Under the pieces are notes generated by a model. The model was not told the DNA's origin and ran no database searches. It saw only the letters and a list, made by a program, of their open reading frames with translations. Below, one piece after another: positions 19,545 to 29,367 of a stretch of 64,000 nt of DNA. The number at the start of each line of letters is the position of its first letter. Position 1 is the first letter of the stretch. Origin of the DNA: Vulcanimicrobiota bacterium (GTDB lineage: Bacteria; Vulcanimicrobiota; Xenobia; Xenobiales; JADMJV01); contig JBFWNU010000007.1 in NCBI GenBank assembly GCA_050250895.1, forward strand, positions 224,001 through 288,000, given 5' to 3'. The position numbers were made by a program, and so were the translations under genes.

Positions 19545-20197
19545 TTGACCCGACCGCCTTCGACCTTGAGCACGCGGGTCGCCCGCTCGGTAATGACACT
19601 ATCATGAGTCGCGCTCACCACCGTCACGCCAGCCTCGGCGGCGCGAGCCAGGGCGTCGGCCACCAACGAGGCGCTCTGCTCGTCGAGGGAGCCGACTGGT
19701 TCATCGGCCAGGATCACCTTGGGCTGATTGACCATGGCTCGGGCCACCGCCACGCGCTGGCGCTGCCCGCCCGAGAGACGTCCTACCGGTCGGTGCTCGA
19801 GTCCGGCCAGGCCGAGTTCTTCGAGCAGTTGGCGACCGCGGCGGATCCCTTCGCTCATGCTTTGCGAGCCGAAATAGAGGGGCACGGTCACGTTTTGCAG
19901 AGCGGTTCGGTTGGGATGCAGATGAAAGCTTTGAAAGATGAAGCCTATCTTCTGATTGCGATAGACGGAAAGCTGATTGTCGTCGAGCGTTCCCAGGTCT
20001 TGCCCGTCGACCTCCAGCGTGCCCGCAGTGGGGGTGTCGAGGCCTCCGATCAGGTTGAGCAAGCTTGTCTTGCCGGCGCCCGAGGGCCCCACCAGAGCCA
20101 CGAATTCGCCGCGCTCGATGCTCAAAGTGATATCCGAGAGGACTTTGACGGTTTCGTGCCCGGGATACTCTAGCCCCACCTGATGGAGTTCAATCAT
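19541..20197 (-). CDS. ABC transporter ATP-binding protein (LolD/MacB-like)
   Basis: GPSGAGKT, LSGGQRQR, ILADEP, THD. Confidence 0.93.
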   Translation of the reverse strand: MIELHQVGLEYPGHETVKVLSDITLSIERGEFVALVGPSGAGKTSLLNLIGGLDTPTAGTLEVDGQDLGTLDDNQLSVYRNQKIGFIFQSFHLHPNRTALQNVTVPLYFGSQSMSEGIRRGRQLLEELGLAGLEHRPVGRLSGGQRQRVAVARAMVNQPKVILADEPVGSLDEQSASLVADALARAAEAGVTVVSATHDSVITERATRVLKVEGGRVK

Positions 20198-21270
20198 CCA
20201 CCGGTCCAGAGATAGAGAAAGCGGGGCGAGTCCTTGGAGAACATCTCCAGCAATTCCGAGCCCGGCGGATTGGAGCGCAGGCTGAGCAGTTCGCTCAGGG
20301 TCGGAGACCGCTTGTAGAGCACGACTTTGGCGTCGGGAGACTTGGCCAGTTCCCGAGCCACTTTGTAGGCATCCTGGCGATAGCCGATGCTATCGACGAG
20401 CTTTTGCTCGAGCGCCTGGGGGCCGGTGAAAACGCGACCATCGGCCAGGTCTTTGACCTGCTCGGGGGTGAGTTTGCCCTGGCGGCCTTCGGCCACCACG
20501 GTGGTGAAGCGGCTCCACATCTCGGTGATCAGGCCCTGCAGCAGTTTGCGCTCGGGGTCGGTCATCGGTCGATAGGGGCTGCCGATGTCTTTGAAGGATT
20601 CTTTGCCCTCGGAATTGAGCGACTTGATGGTGTTGACTTTGACGCCAAGCTTGGTCATTGCGTCATGAAAGTTGTAGAACTGCGAGATGACGCCGATCGA
20701 GCCGGTGATACTGGTCTCGTGAGCCACGATATGGTCGCTGGCCATCGCCACGTAATAGCCGCCCGAGGCAGCCACGTCGCCAAACATACTCACGATCGGC
20801 AACTTCTCTTTTGCCTTGAACAACTTGATCTCGTGAAAAATTCGGTCGCTGGCCGTCACCCCGCCGCCAGGGCTGTCGATATCCAGGATGACCGCTTTGA
20901 TGCTGTCGTCTTCGGCTGCCTTCTTGAGCATGGCGATGACCTTGCTGACACTACCAGGGCCGGTGCCCATGGTTTCCATGATGACGCCATGGATGGGAAT
21001 GACCACAATTTTGTCGGTGGCGTCTTTCTTGCCGTCGATCAGCGTCTCTTCCAGAAGACCGATCTCGCTGGCGCCCACCGAGGCCCCGGCGGCCCCGACC
21101 AATCCGAGGAACAGGAAGAAGTTGAACACCAGGCTGAGCAACAGGGCACAGCCGACGGCCACCAACCAGATGGGGCTGACCTTGCCGCTGGTGGGCTCTG
21201 GTCTGGGTCGGGGCGGGGGAGGAGGCGGCGGGGGAGTCGCCAGGGGGGCTGGGGTTTGCTCTTGATCCAT
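20194..21270 (-). CDS. sppA: Signal peptide peptidase SppA (S49)
   Basis: IDSPGG, AASGGYY, TGSIGV, DGRVFTG. Confidence 0.93.
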   Translation of the reverse strand: MDQEQTPAPLATPPPPPPPPRPRPEPTSGKVSPIWLVAVGCALLLSLVFNFFLFLGLVGAAGASVGASEIGLLEETLIDGKKDATDKIVVIPIHGVIMETMGTGPGSVSKVIAMLKKAAEDDSIKAVILDIDSPGGGVTASDRIFHEIKLFKAKEKLPIVSMFGDVAASGGYYVAMASDHIVAHETSITGSIGVISQFYNFHDAMTKLGVKVNTIKSLNSEGKESFKDIGSPYRPMTDPERKLLQGLITEMWSRFTTVVAEGRQGKLTPEQVKDLADGRVFTGPQALEQKLVDSIGYRQDAYKVARELAKSPDAKVVLYKRSPTLSELLSLRSNPPGSELLEMFSKDSPRFLYLWTGG

Positions 21271-22182
21271 TTATCCTCGAAACAGGGCGGTCAGGAAGAA
21301 CAGGAGATTGGCTGGCCGTTCGGCCAATCTCCGCATGAAATAGGGATACCATTCCGTGCCGTAGGGTACATAGACGCGGACGTTATAACCCTCACGCAGT
21401 AGTTCTAACTGCCTTTCCCGGCGGATGCCGTACAGCATCTGAAACTCGAAAGCCTCGGCCGGGATGTTTCTCTCCTTCACATAGTCTAGGGTGGCGGCGA
21501 TCATCGCTTCGTCGTGAGTGGCGATGCCCGGGTACTTACCCTCGTCCAAAAGCAGCTTCATAGCACTGATGAATGAGCGGTTGACCTGCTCGCGCGACTG
21601 GTGGGCGATATCGCCCTTTTCGTTGTAGGCGCCCTTGCACAGTCGCACCTGACCGCCGCAGGCGTTGGCCCGGCGCACATCATCCAGGCAGCGAAATAGA
21701 TAAGACTGAATCACGATGCCGACATTATCGAATTGCGCTCGCGCCTGTTCGAACACCTCCATGGTGCGCTCGGTATACTCCGATCCCTCCATATCGATGC
21801 GCACGAAGATGTTGGCCTGTCTGGCTTGCTCCAGGATCGTGAACAGGTTGGAAAGACACACATCCACACCCAGATCAAGCCCGAGTTGGGTTAGTTTGAG
21901 GCTGACATTGCCGGTCAAATTGGTGGCCACCAGCGCCTCGACGATGCGAGCATAGTCGGCTGCCGCCCGGGCCGCGCCCTCCGGTGAGTCGACATTTTCT
22001 CCCAACAGGTCGAGACTGACCAGCAGGCCCTGACCCCGCAGTTCGCGAGCGGTGGCCAGAGCATCGCTCAAGGTCTCTCCGGCCACAAAGCGACGAGCGA
22101 CCCGCTTGGCCAGCGGAAAAGACACGACAAACCGTTTAAGCAGCGAGCTCGAAGCTAGTTTGAGCAGCAACTGTCTTAGCAT
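21271..22182 (-). CDS. Monofunctional proline dehydrogenase
   Basis: RFVAGE, SLKLTQLG, RIDME, RLCKGAY, IATHD, YFMRRLAERP. Confidence 0.95.
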   Translation of the reverse strand: MLRQLLLKLASSSLLKRFVVSFPLAKRVARRFVAGETLSDALATARELRGQGLLVSLDLLGENVDSPEGAARAAADYARIVEALVATNLTGNVSLKLTQLGLDLGVDVCLSNLFTILEQARQANIFVRIDMEGSEYTERTMEVFEQARAQFDNVGIVIQSYLFRCLDDVRRANACGGQVRLCKGAYNEKGDIAHQSREQVNRSFISAMKLLLDEGKYPGIATHDEAMIAATLDYVKERNIPAEAFEFQMLYGIRRERQLELLREGYNVRVYVPYGTEWYPYFMRRLAERPANLLFFLTALFRG

Positions 22183-22227
22183 AGGCTACCTTGTTCCCTG
22201 CCCATTAGGGGTCGAAACGGGCCGGCC

Positions 22228-23856
22228 TCAGGCCGGCAGACGCACCCGAAACAGGCTGCCCTTGTCGAGCTGGCTCTCGAGTTCCATCTTTCCGTCGTGT
22301 AACTCGACCAGCCGCCGAGTGATGGTCAGGCCCAGGCCGCTGCCCAGAACTTTGCGGCTATCGTTGGCCTGACCGAAAAGGTCGAACACTTTCTGCTGGT
22401 CGGCGGCAGCGATACCCCGACCGCTGTCTTCGACTTCGATGACGGCCTGGTTGGCCTCACGGCGGGTCCGAACCTCGACCCAGCCCCCGGTGCGATTGTA
22501 TTTGATGGCGTTGGACACGAGATTGGCCAGGATCTGGCGCAAGCGCAAGGGATCGGCGGAGATGGTGATGGACTGGCTAAAGCGTGGGGGCCTGAGTTCG
22601 ACCGACTGGCTCTGGGCCAGTTCCTGGGCCTCTTCGAACACCCGGGTCACCACATCGTTGAGGTCGACCTGGCTGGGATTGAGCTTGAGGGCCTGCAGGC
22701 CGAGGCGGCCGAAATCGTGCAGGTCGTTGGTCAGGTCGGCCATATAGCGAGCACTCTCGGCTACCCGCCCGGCCAGCTCACCGAGCTTGCCTTCGCCCGC
22801 TTTCTTCTGAAGGATCTGGGTGTAGGCCATGATGCCCTGCAGAGCGTTGCGAAGATCGTGGGTGACGACGGCGAGAAATTCGTCTTTGATGCGATTGGCC
22901 TGCTGCAATTGGGCCACCAGCCGGGTCTCGCGTTCGAGGCGGCGCCCGTGCAGGACGGCCGACACGACATGGGCGGCTACCAGTTCCAGCAGCTCGAGAT
23001 CGGCATCGAGATAGCAGTTCACCTGTGGCGACCAGAAGTGCAGGACGCCCAGGCAGGCCGATTGATCGAGCAGGGGAGCCGACAGGCTGGCCCCACTGCC
23101 GTCGTTCCACGATTCGGGCCGGCGCGGATAGCGGGTCATCCGGGCCAGATCGGGAATGCGCAGGCTTTCGCCGTGGGTGGCCACCCAGCCGCTCAAGCTC
23201 TCTTGCAAGGGCACGCCCCCGGTATGGCCTTCCCAAACCTTGCCCTCGACGTGATAGACGTTCTCGAGCAGGGCGTTCGATTCGGGGGTGGGCAAAAGCA
23301 TCAAAGCCGCGCGGGCTACCGGCATCACGGTCGCCATTTGGGCGCACACGACCTCGAGCAGGCGCTGCTGATCCTGGGAGGTCGACGTCTCGCGCACCAC
23401 GCTCAGAAGCACGTCAATGCGAGTGTTGGCCACGTGACGAGCCGAGGCCACGGGCCGGCCGGTCAATTCTGAGTCGAGAAACCGGAGCAGGTTGCCCTGC
23501 GAGACCACCCCCACCAGTCGGTCACCGTCGACCACCGGTAAACTGAAGGCGTTCTCGCGCAGGGCACCCAGAGCCGCCTCGTTCTCGGTGTCGGGGCGCA
23601 GCGGGTCAACCTTCTGGATGAAGTCGATGGCCGGCCGGCGGGCCGCCTGCTGCAGCTTGTCGGGCTCGCCGATCAAGGTATCGAGAATGGTCTTGCCGCT
23701 GAGCACCCCGACCAGACGCCCCCCGTCGACGATGGGAAGGAACTTGACTCCATGCCGGGTCATTCGGTGCAGGGCTTCGCCCAGGCGCAAGTTTGCCCCG
23801 ACAGTCACGGGGTCCGGGGTCATCCAGTCGCGAACGGACACCCCCAGCGCTTCCAC
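22228..23856 (-). CDS. CBS-CBS-GAF sensor histidine kinase
   Basis: VRDWMTPDP (CBS); GAF region; THDLRN, NLVSNAIKY, DSGRGI, GSGLGL. Confidence 0.88.
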   Translation of the reverse strand: MEALGVSVRDWMTPDPVTVGANLRLGEALHRMTRHGVKFLPIVDGGRLVGVLSGKTILDTLIGEPDKLQQAARRPAIDFIQKVDPLRPDTENEAALGALRENAFSLPVVDGDRLVGVVSQGNLLRFLDSELTGRPVASARHVANTRIDVLLSVVRETSTSQDQQRLLEVVCAQMATVMPVARAALMLLPTPESNALLENVYHVEGKVWEGHTGGVPLQESLSGWVATHGESLRIPDLARMTRYPRRPESWNDGSGASLSAPLLDQSACLGVLHFWSPQVNCYLDADLELLELVAAHVVSAVLHGRRLERETRLVAQLQQANRIKDEFLAVVTHDLRNALQGIMAYTQILQKKAGEGKLGELAGRVAESARYMADLTNDLHDFGRLGLQALKLNPSQVDLNDVVTRVFEEAQELAQSQSVELRPPRFSQSITISADPLRLRQILANLVSNAIKYNRTGGWVEVRTRREANQAVIEVEDSGRGIAAADQQKVFDLFGQANDSRKVLGSGLGLTITRRLVELHDGKMELESQLDKGSLFRVRLPA

Positions 23857-23936
23857 GCGATCCCTTCATTTCCTCGAAGTTGCCTCCGTCACCCCGAGCG
23901 CCAGGGGTGACGCTGCTCGGCTTAGAACACCAGCAG

Positions 23937-25580
23937 ATGAGAGCCGTCGAGTCGGGACCCTGGAACGAGCACTACGATGCTGGCGTGGATCTGACCCTGG
24001 AGGTTCCCGATCAGTCGCTGGGCCAGAGGTTGTTGGCCACTGCCGAACGCTGGCCCCGCCGGGCAGCCGTGTGGTCACCGCGGGGCTGGCTCTCTTACCA
24101 GCAACTGCTGAGCGAGACCCAGAAGTTTGCGGCCGTACTGGCCGGCCTGGGGGTGCGGGCCGGCGACCGGGTGTTGTTGATGCTACCCAACTCGGCCCAG
24201 TTCGTGGTGGCCTATTACGGGGTGCTCTGGCGGGGGGCCATCGCGGTGGTGGCCAGACTCGACTCTGAGCCCGAAGATCTGCATCGCCAACTGATTGATA
24301 GCGCTCCCAGCGTAGCCGTCATGGGTCGTCCTCTTCCCGAAGGGCTCGATCAGGCCATTCGCCGCAGCGGGCCTGACCACTTGATTCTGGCCTCGGGGCG
24401 GGAATACAACCGCAGCTTGCGGCGCTGGTTTCGTCGCGCGGTGGCCACCGTGCTCTCGCGCCGACGCGGGCGCAAGGTGCTGCGCTGGGGCAGTCTCATG
24501 CGCGAAGCTAGCGATGGATTTCCCTTCGAGCCGGTGCCTCCCGAGGCGCCAGCGGCGGTGCTGTACACCGGCGGCACCACCGGTCCGCCTCGCGGAGTGG
24601 TTCTCTCCCACCGTTCTTTGATGGCCAACTCGATGCAACTGGCCGCTTGGGACCCAAAGATGGGCAAGCGTCACGAGCGGGTCCTGGTGGCCTTGCCCTT
24701 GAGTCACTCCTACGGGTTGTCGGCGGCCCTGGGCCTATCGGTCGAGGTGGGGGGAACCCTTATTTTGACCCAGTCCCAGGACCCCGACGTGGTGCTGGAT
24801 CTGGCCAGCCGCTTCAAACCCACTCTCTTTCCCGGCATCCCGGCCCTCTATGCGGCTTTGCTGCGGCGGCCCAATCTTCGCTCGTATCGCCTGCACTCGA
24901 TTCGCGCGTGCATTAGCGGCGCCGCACCTTTGCCGGTCGAGTTGCAAGAAGGTTTCGAGAAAGTCACCAAAGGCCGGCTGGTGGAAGGCTACGGGCTGAC
25001 CGAGGCGGGACCGGTGACCCACGCCAACCCTATTTATGGCCGCCGTCGGGCGGGGTCGATCGGGTTGCCCCTGCCCGGGACCAGGGCCAAGGTCGTGAGC
25101 CTCGACAGCGGTGAAGAGGTGGGTCCCGGTCGAGTGGGCGAACTCTGGGTGCGCGGGCCTCAGCTGATGAGCGGATATTGGAACGACCCGACCACGACTG
25201 GCGAGGTTCTGATCGATGGCTGGCTGCGCACCGGGGACCTGGCTCAGATGGACAGCGACGGCTACTTCTTCTTGATCAACCGCTTGAGCGAAGTGATCGA
25301 CTTACCCGACCGGCGTGTCTTTCCCCGCGATGTCGAGGAGATTCTCTTCGAGCATCCGGCCGTGATGGACGCGGCCGCCGCCGGGTCACCCTCAGAAGAC
25401 TCTCGAGAAGTGGTGGCCTTTGCGGTGCTGGCTCCCGGACGCAGTGTGAGCGAGCCCGAGTTGCTAGCCTTCTGCCGGCGTCGCTTGCCGGACGGCATGG
25501 CTCCGGCCCGGGTCGTGTTCATGGAACGGCTGCCGCGCAGCTCGTTTGGCAAGCTGTTGCGGCGCCAACTACCGGTCTAG
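23937..25580 (+). CDS. Long-chain fatty acid-CoA ligase (AMP-binding family)
   Basis: YTGGTTGPPRG, EGYGLTE, WLRTGD, LPRSSFGK. Confidence 0.9.
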   Translation: MRAVESGPWNEHYDAGVDLTLEVPDQSLGQRLLATAERWPRRAAVWSPRGWLSYQQLLSETQKFAAVLAGLGVRAGDRVLLMLPNSAQFVVAYYGVLWRGAIAVVARLDSEPEDLHRQLIDSAPSVAVMGRPLPEGLDQAIRRSGPDHLILASGREYNRSLRRWFRRAVATVLSRRRGRKVLRWGSLMREASDGFPFEPVPPEAPAAVLYTGGTTGPPRGVVLSHRSLMANSMQLAAWDPKMGKRHERVLVALPLSHSYGLSAALGLSVEVGGTLILTQSQDPDVVLDLASRFKPTLFPGIPALYAALLRRPNLRSYRLHSIRACISGAAPLPVELQEGFEKVTKGRLVEGYGLTEAGPVTHANPIYGRRRAGSIGLPLPGTRAKVVSLDSGEEVGPGRVGELWVRGPQLMSGYWNDPTTTGEVLIDGWLRTGDLAQMDSDGYFFLINRLSEVIDLPDRRVFPRDVEEILFEHPAVMDAAAAGSPSEDSREVVAFAVLAPGRSVSEPELLAFCRRRLPDGMAPARVVFMERLPRSSFGKLLRRQLPV

Positions 25581-26785
25581 CGCAGGGCCCGGTCGAGGAC
25601 GGAGCGGATCTGCGTGCCCGCATAGTGGAGATAATCTTCGGACAGGGTGGGATGCACCTGGAACATCAGCGACGTCCGGCCCAATTCCTGGGCCACCGGC
25701 AGCGGTTGAGGCGGGCGCAGTTCGGGACCGAAGGCCTTCTCGAGATAGATCTCGCTGCATGAGCCAGAAAAGGTGGGAACCCCCAGCCCGATGATTTCGT
25801 CCTGGATGCGGTCCCGATTCCAGTCCGTCTTGAGATGGGCGGGTTCGACGTAAAGATAGTATTTGTAGTAGCTGTGAACCAGATGGGCCGGCGGAGGGGC
25901 CGGGCGCAGAGCCCCGGCTCCCTCGACATAAGAGTCGAGAATGGCCGCGTTGCGGCGCCGGCTCTCGACCCAGCCGGGCAATTTGCGCAGGATGACGCGC
26001 CCGAGGGCCGACTGCATCTCGGTCATGCGCCAGTTGGTCCCGAAACTCTCATGCACCCAACGAAAGCCGGGAGGGTGCTCGTGGTGATAGACGGCGTCAT
26101 AGCCTTTGCCGTGGTCTTTATAGCTCCAGGCGGTCTTGAACAGCTCGGTGTCGTCGGTGGTGACCAGGCCACCCTCTCCGCCCGTGGTCAGGATCTTGTC
26201 CTGGCAAAACGAGAACGAGCCGAACTGCCCGAAACTGCCCACCGCTCGGCCCCGATAGCTGGCCCCGTGGGCCTGGGCGCAATCTTCGATGAGGTAGAGG
26301 TTTTTGCTCTCGACCAGATCGAGCAGAGCGTCCATCTCGCACGGCCAGCCGGCTAGATGGACACAGATCACGGCCCGCGTTTTCGAACTGAGCACCCGCT
26401 CGATCGACTCGGCCGTGATGTTTCCCGAGTCGCGGTCGACATCGGCCAACACCGGGGTAGCTCCCCGCGCGACCACGGCGCTGGCGGTGGCGATGAAAGT
26501 TCGCGGCGGCACCACCACTTCGTCTCCGGGTCCGATGCCCAGGCAATATAGGGCCAGCTCGAGGCTCACCGTGCCATTGGCCACGGCCACGGCGTGCCGG
26601 CTGCCCACGAAATCGGCGTATTCTTGCTCGAACTTTCGCCCCTCGTCCCCGGTCCAGTAATTGACCTTGCCGGTGGTGAGCACGTGGGTGACGGCCTCGA
26701 TCTCGTCGGGGGCGAAGTAGGGCCATGGCCCCATGATGGGAATCTCGTCTTTGGGAAGCACGGGCACTGGGTGTGGGTCCTGCAT
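25577..26785 (-). CDS. DegT/DnrJ/EryC1/StrS aminotransferase (start may be 26839)
   Basis: IEDCAQAHGA; SFCQDKILTTGGEGG; GTNWRM. Confidence 0.93.
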   Translation of the reverse strand: MQDPHPVPVLPKDEIPIMGPWPYFAPDEIEAVTHVLTTGKVNYWTGDEGRKFEQEYADFVGSRHAVAVANGTVSLELALYCLGIGPGDEVVVPPRTFIATASAVVARGATPVLADVDRDSGNITAESIERVLSSKTRAVICVHLAGWPCEMDALLDLVESKNLYLIEDCAQAHGASYRGRAVGSFGQFGSFSFCQDKILTTGGEGGLVTTDDTELFKTAWSYKDHGKGYDAVYHHEHPPGFRWVHESFGTNWRMTEMQSALGRVILRKLPGWVESRRRNAAILDSYVEGAGALRPAPPPAHLVHSYYKYYLYVEPAHLKTDWNRDRIQDEIIGLGVPTFSGSCSEIYLEKAFGPELRPPQPLPVAQELGRTSLMFQVHPTLSEDYLHYAGTQIRSVLDRALR

Positions 26786-26861
26786 GGCTTGACCTGGCTT
26801 CTGTCGGGCTTGTGTTCTTTCCTGTATAGGTGTGCCCACGAGCTACGCCGAAGGCCGAGCG

Positions 26862-27347
26862 GTGAGAAAGATTTGCCTATTCCTCTTTGTTCTTTGTCTG
26901 GCTGGTTGCACGCCGACCACCACCGAGCCCCCCAAGCCCGTCGGACCTGTTCGCATTGAAGCCGGGATGGGGGTCGAACAGGCCAAACTTGGCCAGACCA
27001 AACAAGAGATCGAGGCCCACCTGGGCGAACCCGACGAGCGCGACGCCAACGAGTTCGCTCCCGGCAACACCTATGCCATCTACTACCAGCACGGCCTCGA
27101 GTTGATCTATACCGACGACAAGCTAGAGACGGTGGCTCTGCACCCCGCCGGCGAAAAGTGGGCCGCCTATGACGGCTCGACCCCCGAAGGGCTCTCGGTC
27201 TACTCTACTCCCGATCAGGTCGAGGCCAAGCTGGGTGAGCCCGCCGAAAAGAGCCCGCGCGGGTTGAACTATGAGTCCAAGGGCATCTGGTTTCGTTTCG
27301 ATGACAAAGGCGCCATTGAATCGATCTTGATCACGGCTCCGCAATAA
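26862..27347 (+). CDS. Hypothetical lipoprotein
   Basis: Lipobox LAGC; internal repeat (EAHLGEP / EAKLGEP). Confidence 0.75.
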   Translation: MRKICLFLFVLCLAGCTPTTTEPPKPVGPVRIEAGMGVEQAKLGQTKQEIEAHLGEPDERDANEFAPGNTYAIYYQHGLELIYTDDKLETVALHPAGEKWAAYDGSTPEGLSVYSTPDQVEAKLGEPAEKSPRGLNYESKGIWFRFDDKGAIESILITAPQ

Positions 27348-29331
27348 GGAGACGGCGGGCCCGGCCCAGGGCCATCATGGGGAAGTAGTGGCGGTACATG
27401 TGGTAGCGCAACATGAATCCCCGGCCTAACTCTTTGCCCTGGGGCAGAGTGTTGCCGGCCACCGTGACGTCGGTGCGGGCCCCCAGGCCATAGCCGGGAA
27501 AGCCCGTGCCGGTGAAATAGGGCTCGTCCCAGCTGCCGGCTTTGGTCTGGGTCGAGGTGAGATAGTCGAGGCCCCGCTCGAGACTTTCGCGATACTCCGA
27601 CCCGCCCTGGGCCACCAGCGCCAGCAGGGCCCAGGCGGTCTGCGAGGCGGTGCTGGGACCGACCCCGCGCAGACTGTCATCCATGTAAGAGGCACAGGTC
27701 TCGCCCCAGCCTCCGTCCTCATTCTGATGGGCCACCAGCCAGTCGCAGGCGCGTCGCACATAGTTGGCCTGCATGTTCTCACCCACCGCGGCCAGGGCCG
27801 GCACCACCGCCCCGGTTCCGTAGACATAGTTGACGCCCCAGCGCCCAAACCAGCTGCCGTCCGGCTCTTGTTCGCGGCGAAGATATTCGACGGCGCGGGC
27901 CACCACCGGGTCGGTCAGGTCGCGACCCAGAATACCCAGCGCCTCGACTACGTGAGCCGTGACGTCGACGCTGGGTGGGTCCAGGGTTTCGCCGAAGTCA
28001 CAAAACGGGATCAGCCCCACCCATTGCTTGTCGTTGTCCTTGTCGAAGGCTCCCCAACCGCCATTGGAACACTGCAACCCCAGGGTAAACGCCAGAGCTC
28101 GGGCCAGGGCGGCATCGATGCGGGCTCGGTCGGGATAGGTCTCACGCAGGTGGGCCAGCACCATGAGTCCCACGGCTGTGTCGTCGACATCGGGGTACCA
28201 ATCGTTCTCGTATTCGAAGGCCCAACCGCCGGGAATGGCCGAGGGAGCACACATCTCCCAGTCGCCCCGGGCCAGGATCTGCTCCTCGAGAACCCAGTCC
28301 ACCGAACGCTTGAGCATCTCGGAATTCTCGCAATCAAAGCCGCAGTCCAGCATGGCCAACTCGGTCAGCAAGGTGTCCCAGACGGGCGAAGTGCAGGCTT
28401 GCAGATACGTCCCCTTTTCGGTCTCGAAGGCCCAGGGAGCGTCGAAGCAGCGGATCCCTTTGGCCATCACCGGATGATCGAGGGGATAGCCCTCGGTGTG
28501 CAGGGCCATCAACGAGTAGATCCAGGGGGGCTGGATGCCCGCCCAGCATCCATCGGCCTCCTGATGGCGGATGATCCACTCCAGGCATTGCTTGATAGCC
28601 ACTTCGCGCCCCGGCTGGATAGGAAGATGGCAGTATTTCTCGAGCAACCTGTCGGTGAACAAGAAAAAGCTCGGCAGGCTCAGCCAGGGACCCTTACGAG
28701 GCAATCGGATGTCCTGGCGGTGGCGGCCCCCCGGAAAGAGTTCGTCCATGCGCCGCTCGGGAGCAAGCGGCCGAACCGGCCGGCGGGCCGAGAGGATACA
28801 CAGGGGCACGATGGTGGCTCGGGCCCAGCTGGAAAACTGGTAGATATTAAAGGGAGCCCAGTTGGGGAAGAAAATCAGTTCCGGCGGCAGCGTGGGGGTG
28901 CCCTCCCAGGGCCACTCTCCGATCAGGGCCAGCCACATCTTGGTAAAAACGCGAACCCCGCCCAACCCGCCCCGACCCTCGATGAAGCGGCGGGCTCGTA
29001 CCAACGCCTCGTGGTCGGCGGGATAGCCAGCGGTGCGCAGGGCCGCGTAGCATTCGACGGTGGCGCTCAGGTCGCCGGCGGGAGCCTCGTGATAGACCTC
29101 CCACGAGCCGTCTTCACGCTGCATGTTGAGGATGCAGCGCACCACGCTGTCATATTTCGGGTCGTCGGTGATGCCCAGAAAGTGCATGGCCAGCACCCAC
29201 TCGGCCTCCATGGTCGAGTTGGTCTGCAGAAAGCCGGCCCAGTAGCCCTCTTCGGTCTGATTGGCCTCGAGCCAATCGACGGCTTTGGAAATCGATTTGT
29301 CGAGTTTGCGCGCACCGCTTCGCGTTTTCAT
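27331..29331 (-). CDS. shc: Squalene-hopene cyclase
   Basis: YPDVDDT (DxDD); QW repeats; SPVWDT; GTGFPG. Confidence 0.97.
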   Translation of the reverse strand: MKTRSGARKLDKSISKAVDWLEANQTEEGYWAGFLQTNSTMEAEWVLAMHFLGITDDPKYDSVVRCILNMQREDGSWEVYHEAPAGDLSATVECYAALRTAGYPADHEALVRARRFIEGRGGLGGVRVFTKMWLALIGEWPWEGTPTLPPELIFFPNWAPFNIYQFSSWARATIVPLCILSARRPVRPLAPERRMDELFPGGRHRQDIRLPRKGPWLSLPSFFLFTDRLLEKYCHLPIQPGREVAIKQCLEWIIRHQEADGCWAGIQPPWIYSLMALHTEGYPLDHPVMAKGIRCFDAPWAFETEKGTYLQACTSPVWDTLLTELAMLDCGFDCENSEMLKRSVDWVLEEQILARGDWEMCAPSAIPGGWAFEYENDWYPDVDDTAVGLMVLAHLRETYPDRARIDAALARALAFTLGLQCSNGGWGAFDKDNDKQWVGLIPFCDFGETLDPPSVDVTAHVVEALGILGRDLTDPVVARAVEYLRREQEPDGSWFGRWGVNYVYGTGAVVPALAAVGENMQANYVRRACDWLVAHQNEDGGWGETCASYMDDSLRGVGPSTASQTAWALLALVAQGGSEYRESLERGLDYLTSTQTKAGSWDEPYFTGTGFPGYGLGARTDVTVAGNTLPQGKELGRGFMLRYHMYRHYFPMMALGRARRLLIAEP

Positions 29332-29367
29332 CTGCGCCAGTTCTTCTGGCGGGCCGACTTTCCTGGG

